This document shows positions 58,680 to 64,000 of a DNA stretch of 64,000 bases, piece by piece (the first letter of the stretch is position 1; each line of letters opens with the position of its first letter). Source of the stretch: Candidatus Latescibacterota bacterium (GTDB taxonomy: Bacteria > Latescibacterota > UBA2968 > GCA-2709665); NCBI GenBank assembly GCA_965219455.1, contig OZ244744.1, positions 800,001 through 864,000 on the forward strand, read 5' to 3'. Under the pieces are notes generated by a model. It had not been told where the DNA came from and searched no databases. It saw only the letters and a list, made by a program, of their open reading frames with translations. The translations under genes and the position numbers were made by a program.

Positions 58680-59901
58680 GTACCTATTGACTTCTAAACC
58701 TGCGCGTGCCTATAGTATGATGTCTCCCCTGAAGACGAAGGAGCCATCGGCATGCCAAAGAAATACGTTGTACGTCTGACGCCCGAAGAACGGGAGCGTC
58801 TGCAGGATCTGGTAAGCAAAGGCAAGACGCAAGCCTACCGAATAAGGCACGCTCACGTACTTCTCAAGGCCGATGCAGAGGGTCCGGCCTGGCTGGATCG
58901 GCAGATCACGGAGGCCTTTTCGTGCAATCGGTCTACGGTTGAGGGCATCCGGAAGCGTTTTGTGTTGGAGGGACTGGATTCGGCCCTTGAGCGAAAGAAG
59001 CGAGCCCATCCTCCCACGGAAAGAAAGCTTGATGGTGCTAAGGAAGCCCGATTGATCGCGTTGGCTTGCAGTGAACCACCAAAGGGACATAAGCGGTGGA
59101 CGCTGAAGCTGCTGGCCGATGAGCTCGTGGCCCTGGAGATCATCGATAGCATCTCATACCGAACGGTGCAGCGGACGCTTAAAAAAACAAACTTAGGCCT
59201 CACCTGAGAACGTGCTGGGTGATTCCGCCCAAGCAAAACGCCGCGTTTGTCGCCGCGATGGAGGATATCTTGGACGTGTATCAGCGGCCGTACGACGCCA
59301 AGAGGCCCGTTGTCAATATGGACGAACACCCGGTCCAGTTGGTCAAGGAGACGCGTCTTCCGGTAGCAACACGTCCGGGCAAACCTGAACGCTACGACTA
59401 CGAGTATGAACGTAACGGAACAGCCGTGAACTTCATGTTCACCGAACCGCTTTCGGGTTGGCGCAAGGTCCGTGTAAGAGAACGCAAGACCGCGGTGGAC
59501 TGGGCCCAAGAGATCAAGGATCTCCTTGATACTCACTACCGTGAAGCCGAAACCGTCGTCTTGGTGTGTGATAACCTCAACACACACACGCCCGCGGCAC
59601 TCTACAAGGCGTTCTCACCCGAAGAAGCGCGCCGTCTGGCCAAGCGTCTCGAAATCCACTACACGCCGAAACACGGGAGCTGGCTCAACATCGCCGAGAT
59701 CGAACTCAGCGTCTTGAGCAACCAATGCTTGAAGGAACGCATCGCCGATATCGAATCACTCAAAGAGCAGACTTCCGCCTGGACCAATGATCGCAACAAC
59801 AAAAGCAAGGCTGTCCATTGGCGGTTCACCACGGACGATGCTCGGATCAAACTGAGAAAACTGTATCCAGACTACGCCGCGCTTTAGCCGTCAAAGGGTA
59901 C
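58680..59901 (+). mobile_element. IS630-family insertion sequence
   Basis: Imperfect TIRs GTACCTATTGAC / GTACCCTTTGAC, TA duplication at 58678-79 and 59902-03. Confidence 0.92.
58752..59887 (+). CDS. IS630 transposase, two ORFs joined by a -1 frameshift
   Basis: HTH ORF (RWTLKLLA) and DDE ORF (MDE, CDNLNTH, TPKHGSWLNIAE). The A7C slippery site is at 59181-59188, and the -1 frame continues NKLRPHLRTCWVIPP. Confidence 0.92.
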
Positions 59902-59903
59902 TA

Positions 59904-60066
59904 GTGTTCTGTCCCAGAAATAGGTTGCCTAAATTCGGCCGTCGAGTCGCCCGGCTCGCAAGGCGCCAGAGCGCAGGCGACCTGCGTAAGTTCGGCGAGC
60001 GAAGGCAACGCCGCGAGACGGGATGAATCGGCGGGAGAATGGTTAGATATTTTTGGGACAGGACAC
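59904..60066. mobile_element. MITE copy 2 (163 bp, TA-flanked)
   Basis: TIR GTGTTCTGTCCCAGAAATA...TATTTTTGGGACAGGACAC, homologous to 14811-15005. Confidence 0.82.
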
Positions 60067-60299
60067 TAGACCCGATTAGCCCGAATGAACCGCGCCAACA
60101 CCTCCTTCTCTCTTTGTGCAGGTTTCGTTTTTCTTGCCTATTTATTTTTGATTTTCTTTGTGCTAACCTATATATTAAATGTAAACCCTGACGGTCGCAC
60201 AAAGTTAAGGAATTCGCCTCTCCGCATCAAGAAAATAGCGATGACGCCGACGCCTCAGGATGGTTTCAGGATCTACCGCGCCCGGGATGGAATATCGCC

Positions 60300-62465
60300 A
60301 TGCCCATAACCCGCGACCGGGTCCTGGATTATATCCGTAAAGAAGCGGGCCGACCGCTCAAGCCTCGCGAGTTGAGGCGGGCGCTAAGGGTGCCCGAAAA
60401 CGACTACCGGCGATTTCGGCGCCTGCTCGTCCAACTCGAACGGGAAGGTGTCATCGTCAGGCTGCGCAACAACCGCTTTGGACCTCCCGACAGGCTCAAT
60501 CTCGCCACGGGTCGACTGAGCGTTAACCCCGACGGGTTTGGATTTATCTGCCTCGATGAAGGAGGCCCGGACATCTTCGTCGGGGCTGGCGGCTTGCGCG
60601 GCGCGTTGCACGGCGACCGCGTCGTTGCCCGGATTTCCCGCAGGGCCGGCGGCAAGCCCGAAGGCGGAATTGTCCGTGTGCTGGAACGCGGCGCCAGAGC
60701 CATAGTGGGAATCTATCGCGCCGGAACGCGCTTTGGCTTTGTGAAACCGGACGATCCCCGATTTCTCAGGGATGTCTACATCTCCCCCAACGATGCCGGA
60801 GAGGCCCGGGACGGTCAGATGGTCGTTGCCCGCCTCCGATCCTGGCTCCCGGGAAATCCCGAACCCGAAGGCGAGATCGTCGAAGTCCTCGGACATCCCG
60901 ACGACCCCGGCATCGATACCCTTTCCATCGTGAAAGAGTACGGCCTGCCCATTGAGTTTCCCCCGCACATACTCAAAGCTGCAGAGGAAATTCCAGACCA
61001 ACTCTCCGCAGTAGAAACCCGTAACCGGGTGGACCTTCGTCATCTTTTGTGCGTTACCATCGATCCGGAAGACGCCCGCGACCACGACGACGCCGTTTCT
61101 CTGGAAGATCGACCGGGAGACGGATACCGGCTGGGCGTACATATTGCCGACGTTGGCTACTACGTTCAAGAAGGCAGCCCGCTGGACCATGAGGCCCTGA
61201 CGCGAGGAACCAGCGTCTACCTCGCGGACCGGGCGATCCCCATGCTGCCGGAGCGCCTGTCCGCAAATCTATGCTCCCTTCTGCCCGAAAGGGACCGGCT
61301 TGCGGTCAGTGTACTTATCGATCTGGATGCGAACGGCCGGTCGCTGAAAACGGAGATCGCGCCGTCTGTGGTCCGAAGCCGGGCGAAGCTGTCCTACCGA
61401 CAGGCCCAGAGGTTCCTCAATGGTGTCGGATCGTCCGAGTCAACGCCCCACGGCGCCCTCTTACGGAAGATGGACAGCCTGCGCAGGCTTATCACCCGCC
61501 GGCGAATGAAGCGGGGCGCGATCGACTTCAACATTGCCGAACCTCGTATCGTCGTGGACCACGAGGGCAACGTCACCGACATTCGCAGGAGCGAACGCCT
61601 CGACAGCCACCGCATTATCGAAGAGTTTATGCTTCTGGCCAACGAAACCGTGGCCTGCCATCTGAGAGACCGGAATCTGCCTGGCCTTTACCGGATTCAC
61701 GACAGGCCGGACGCGCGAAAACTTGCGGACTTTGCAAACACGGCCGCCGCCTTCGGATTCGGGTTTCCGCGCCGGGACAGGATCACTTCAGCCGACATTC
61801 AGAAGTTTCTGGCCGCTGTTGAAGGGGAGCGTTCCGGCCAGGTACTGAATGCATGCTTGTTGCAGTCCATGAAGAAAGCCGTCTACTCTCCCGACAACAT
61901 CGGCCACTTCGGCCTCGCCTGTGACACCTACACCCACTTCACCTCTCCCATTCGACGTTACCCGGACCTGCTGATCCACCGCCTCTTAAAAGAAGCCGGC
62001 GGATTGACCGAAGAAAAAAAGAACGGGCTCAGGGAACGACTGCCCACGCTCGGCGGCATCGTCACCGACCGGGAAACCGTGGCCCAGAAGGCGGAAAGAG
62101 CGTCCATCAAGGTCAAACAGGTCCGCTTTCTGGAAGAACGCGTCGGCGACGCCTTCAACGCCGTTATCGTTGGGGTCCGGTCCATCGGATTCTTCGCACA
62201 GCTCGACGATTTTTTAGTCGACGGACTCGTCAGGGTCAGTACACTGAGAGACGATTACTACGTCTATCACGAAACAGAAGGCGCCCTGACTGGAGAACGC
62301 ACCGGCAGGCGGTTCAGGCTGGGCGACCCGGTGGTGGTTCAGCTTATACGGGCGGACCGGAGATTCCGCCGGCTTGATTTTCTGTTGCAAGAGGGCGGTT
62401 CCACGCCGGAAAGGGACCGCCGCCGGAGAACGAAACCCGGAAAACGCCGACGACGCAGGCACTGA
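60300..62465 (+). CDS. rnr: Ribonuclease R
   Basis: GFGF cold-shock domains, TIDPEDARDHDDA, HIADV, IEEFMLLAN, HFTSPIRRYPD, S1 domain, basic tail. Confidence 0.97.
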   Translation: MPITRDRVLDYIRKEAGRPLKPRELRRALRVPENDYRRFRRLLVQLEREGVIVRLRNNRFGPPDRLNLATGRLSVNPDGFGFICLDEGGPDIFVGAGGLRGALHGDRVVARISRRAGGKPEGGIVRVLERGARAIVGIYRAGTRFGFVKPDDPRFLRDVYISPNDAGEARDGQMVVARLRSWLPGNPEPEGEIVEVLGHPDDPGIDTLSIVKEYGLPIEFPPHILKAAEEIPDQLSAVETRNRVDLRHLLCVTIDPEDARDHDDAVSLEDRPGDGYRLGVHIADVGYYVQEGSPLDHEALTRGTSVYLADRAIPMLPERLSANLCSLLPERDRLAVSVLIDLDANGRSLKTEIAPSVVRSRAKLSYRQAQRFLNGVGSSESTPHGALLRKMDSLRRLITRRRMKRGAIDFNIAEPRIVVDHEGNVTDIRRSERLDSHRIIEEFMLLANETVACHLRDRNLPGLYRIHDRPDARKLADFANTAAAFGFGFPRRDRITSADIQKFLAAVEGERSGQVLNACLLQSMKKAVYSPDNIGHFGLACDTYTHFTSPIRRYPDLLIHRLLKEAGGLTEEKKNGLRERLPTLGGIVTDRETVAQKAERASIKVKQVRFLEERVGDAFNAVIVGVRSIGFFAQLDDFLVDGLVRVSTLRDDYYVYHETEGALTGERTGRRFRLGDPVVVQLIRADRRFRRLDFLLQEGGSTPERDRRRRTKPGKRRRRRH

Positions 62466-62696
62466 CGGTTCCGGTTGCGCGTGCTCCCCTGGTCGGGTGC
62501 GTCTTTCGGACTGCCCGGCATGAGAGGTGGCCCGGGAGATTTCACCGGCTCGGATCCTGAATGACGATGCGGCACCCGGGACCGCCAGGATTCTCACGCA
62601 ACGCAGCGGGCCTCCAGCGGGTTGCCCGCCAACCCTTTTGCGCAATTGCAGTTCGTCCGAGCAAATTCAACTCACACATCCCCGACAGGAGGGCCG

Positions 62697-64000
62697 ATGG
62701 ACCAGGGTGTCAAACACTTTTGCGGCATCTTCGGCATTTATGGGAATGGCGGTGCGGCGAAACTCACCACGCTGGGCCTTCATGCCCTGCAGCACCGGGG
62801 TGAGGAGAGCAGCGGCATCGTTTCCGGTAACGGTGAATACCTGTTTCGCCACACCGCAATGGGGCACGTGGCCGATGTGTTCGCCGACGACGGCGTATTG
62901 GACCGGCTGCCAGGCCACCTTGCCATCGGACACAACCGGTATTCTACCACCGGATCTGACACCCTCACCAACGCCCAGCCCTTTCTGGCGGAATGCCGGG
63001 ACGCCTTTGTCGCCGTCGCGCACAATGGCAACCTCACCAATACGGCCGAACTTCGCAGCCGGATGCAGGACGACGGCGCCATCTTCCAGACGACAACCGA
63101 CAGCGAACTGATTCTCCATCTCGTCGCCAGGTGCAGAGAAGAAAAAATGGTGGATCGTATTACGAGCGCTTTACAGCAAATCGAAGGCGCGTATTCGCTC
63201 GTCCTGGCCACGGAAAACAAGCTGTTCGCCGCCCGCGACCCCTTCGGATTCCGTCCGTTGTGCCTGGGCCAGCTCGGAGATGCCTGGATTGTCGCCTCCG
63301 AATCATGCGCGCTCGACATCATCTCGGCACGTTATATTCGCGACATCGAACCCGGTGAACTCATCATGATAGACGCGCACGGTCTCCGCGCCTTCACGAC
63401 CGAGGAAGCCGATCGTCACGCGTTCTGCATTTTCGAATACATATACTTCTCACGGCCCGACAGCATCATCTTTGGCGACAACGTCGACAAGACACGGCGC
63501 CGGCTCGGCAGACAACTCGCCATTGAACAACCTGCCGTCGCAGACATCGTGATATCCGTGCCGGACTCCAGCAATACCGCGGCGCTGGGTTATGCCAATC
63601 AATCCGGCATCAAACATGAGATCGGTCTTATACGGAACCACTATGTCGGACGCACCTTTATTACGCCCGGACAGGACAGTCGATCGTCCAAGGTTCGCCT
63701 CAAATTCAACCCCGTCAGGGGCGTTCTGAACGGAAAACGGGTCGTTGTCGTAGAAGATTCAATTGTTCGAGGCACAACGCTTAAACATCTGGTTCGAATG
63801 TTACGGGAAGCGGGCGCCCGCCAGGTTCACGTGCGCGTGAGTTGCCCTCCAATTGTCGGTCCGTGCTTTTACGGAATTGACTTTCAGACCAAGAAGGAAC
63901 TGATCGCCAGCGCCAAAACCGTGGAACAAATCCGCGAACACCTCGGTGCCGACAGCCTGGGTTATCTCTCCCTGGACGGCATGCTCGGCGTGGCCCCTAA
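62697..64000 (+). CDS. purF: Amidophosphoribosyltransferase (runs off the window end)
   Basis: MDQGVKHF/CGIFG, LQHRG, GHNRYST, HNGNL, CIFEYIYFSRPDS, VVVEDSIVRGTT. Absent from the ORF track because no stop lies in the window. Confidence 0.96.
   Translation, partial: MDQGVKHFCGIFGIYGNGGAAKLTTLGLHALQHRGEESSGIVSGNGEYLFRHTAMGHVADVFADDGVLDRLPGHLAIGHNRYSTTGSDTLTNAQPFLAECRDAFVAVAHNGNLTNTAELRSRMQDDGAIFQTTTDSELILHLVARCREEKMVDRITSALQQIEGAYSLVLATENKLFAARDPFGFRPLCLGQLGDAWIVASESCALDIISARYIRDIEPGELIMIDAHGLRAFTTEEADRHAFCIFEYIYFSRPDSIIFGDNVDKTRRRLGRQLAIEQPAVADIVISVPDSSNTAALGYANQSGIKHEIGLIRNHYVGRTFITPGQDSRSSKVRLKFNPVRGVLNGKRVVVVEDSIVRGTTLKHLVRMLREAGARQVHVRVSCPPIVGPCFYGIDFQTKKELIASAKTVEQIREHLGADSLGYLSLDGMLGVAP

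Noticed and set aside
60085-60309. 74-aa hydrophobic ORF upstream of rnr
   Set aside because: It arises from a T-rich promoter region, has no SD and overlaps the rnr start

Overview
GC-rich bacterial chromosomal segment. The gene style loosely suggests Latescibacterota/FCB-like bacteria, but this is inference only. Most of the window is housekeeping: bactofilin, hflX, dut, ispH, an M16 peptidase pair, a lysine-riboswitch dapA-pckG-dapB unit, purE/purD/purF, a pyrH paralogue, rpsT, tRNA-Lys(TTT), ppdK, parAB-ftsY-iscS-mrp-moeZ, CIRCE-groESL, sodN and rnr. There are two accessory metabolic clusters, at 4.3-11.7 kb (including a DUF4910/M28-like peptidase fused to an AAC(3)-type acetyltransferase) and at 28.7-32.6 kb. 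A sulfur-carrier cysteine operon (cysM-mec/JAMM-cysO-rrf2-cysK) is separated from cysH by a ~6 kb defence island containing HigBA modules, a nonsense-interrupted Mrr, McrBC and an integrase remnant. The island is bounded by ~105-bp direct repeats that contain a promoter. A 33-bp core of that repeat recurs inside the island and brackets the intact HigBA module, suggesting repeated insertion of defence modules at one site. A TA-flanked MITE family (two full and three partial copies) and an IS630 inserted at a MITE junction are also present. Two candidate variant riboswitch-like leaders were noted (ydaO-like and ykkC-like). All calls come from reading the sequence by eye, with no database searches.
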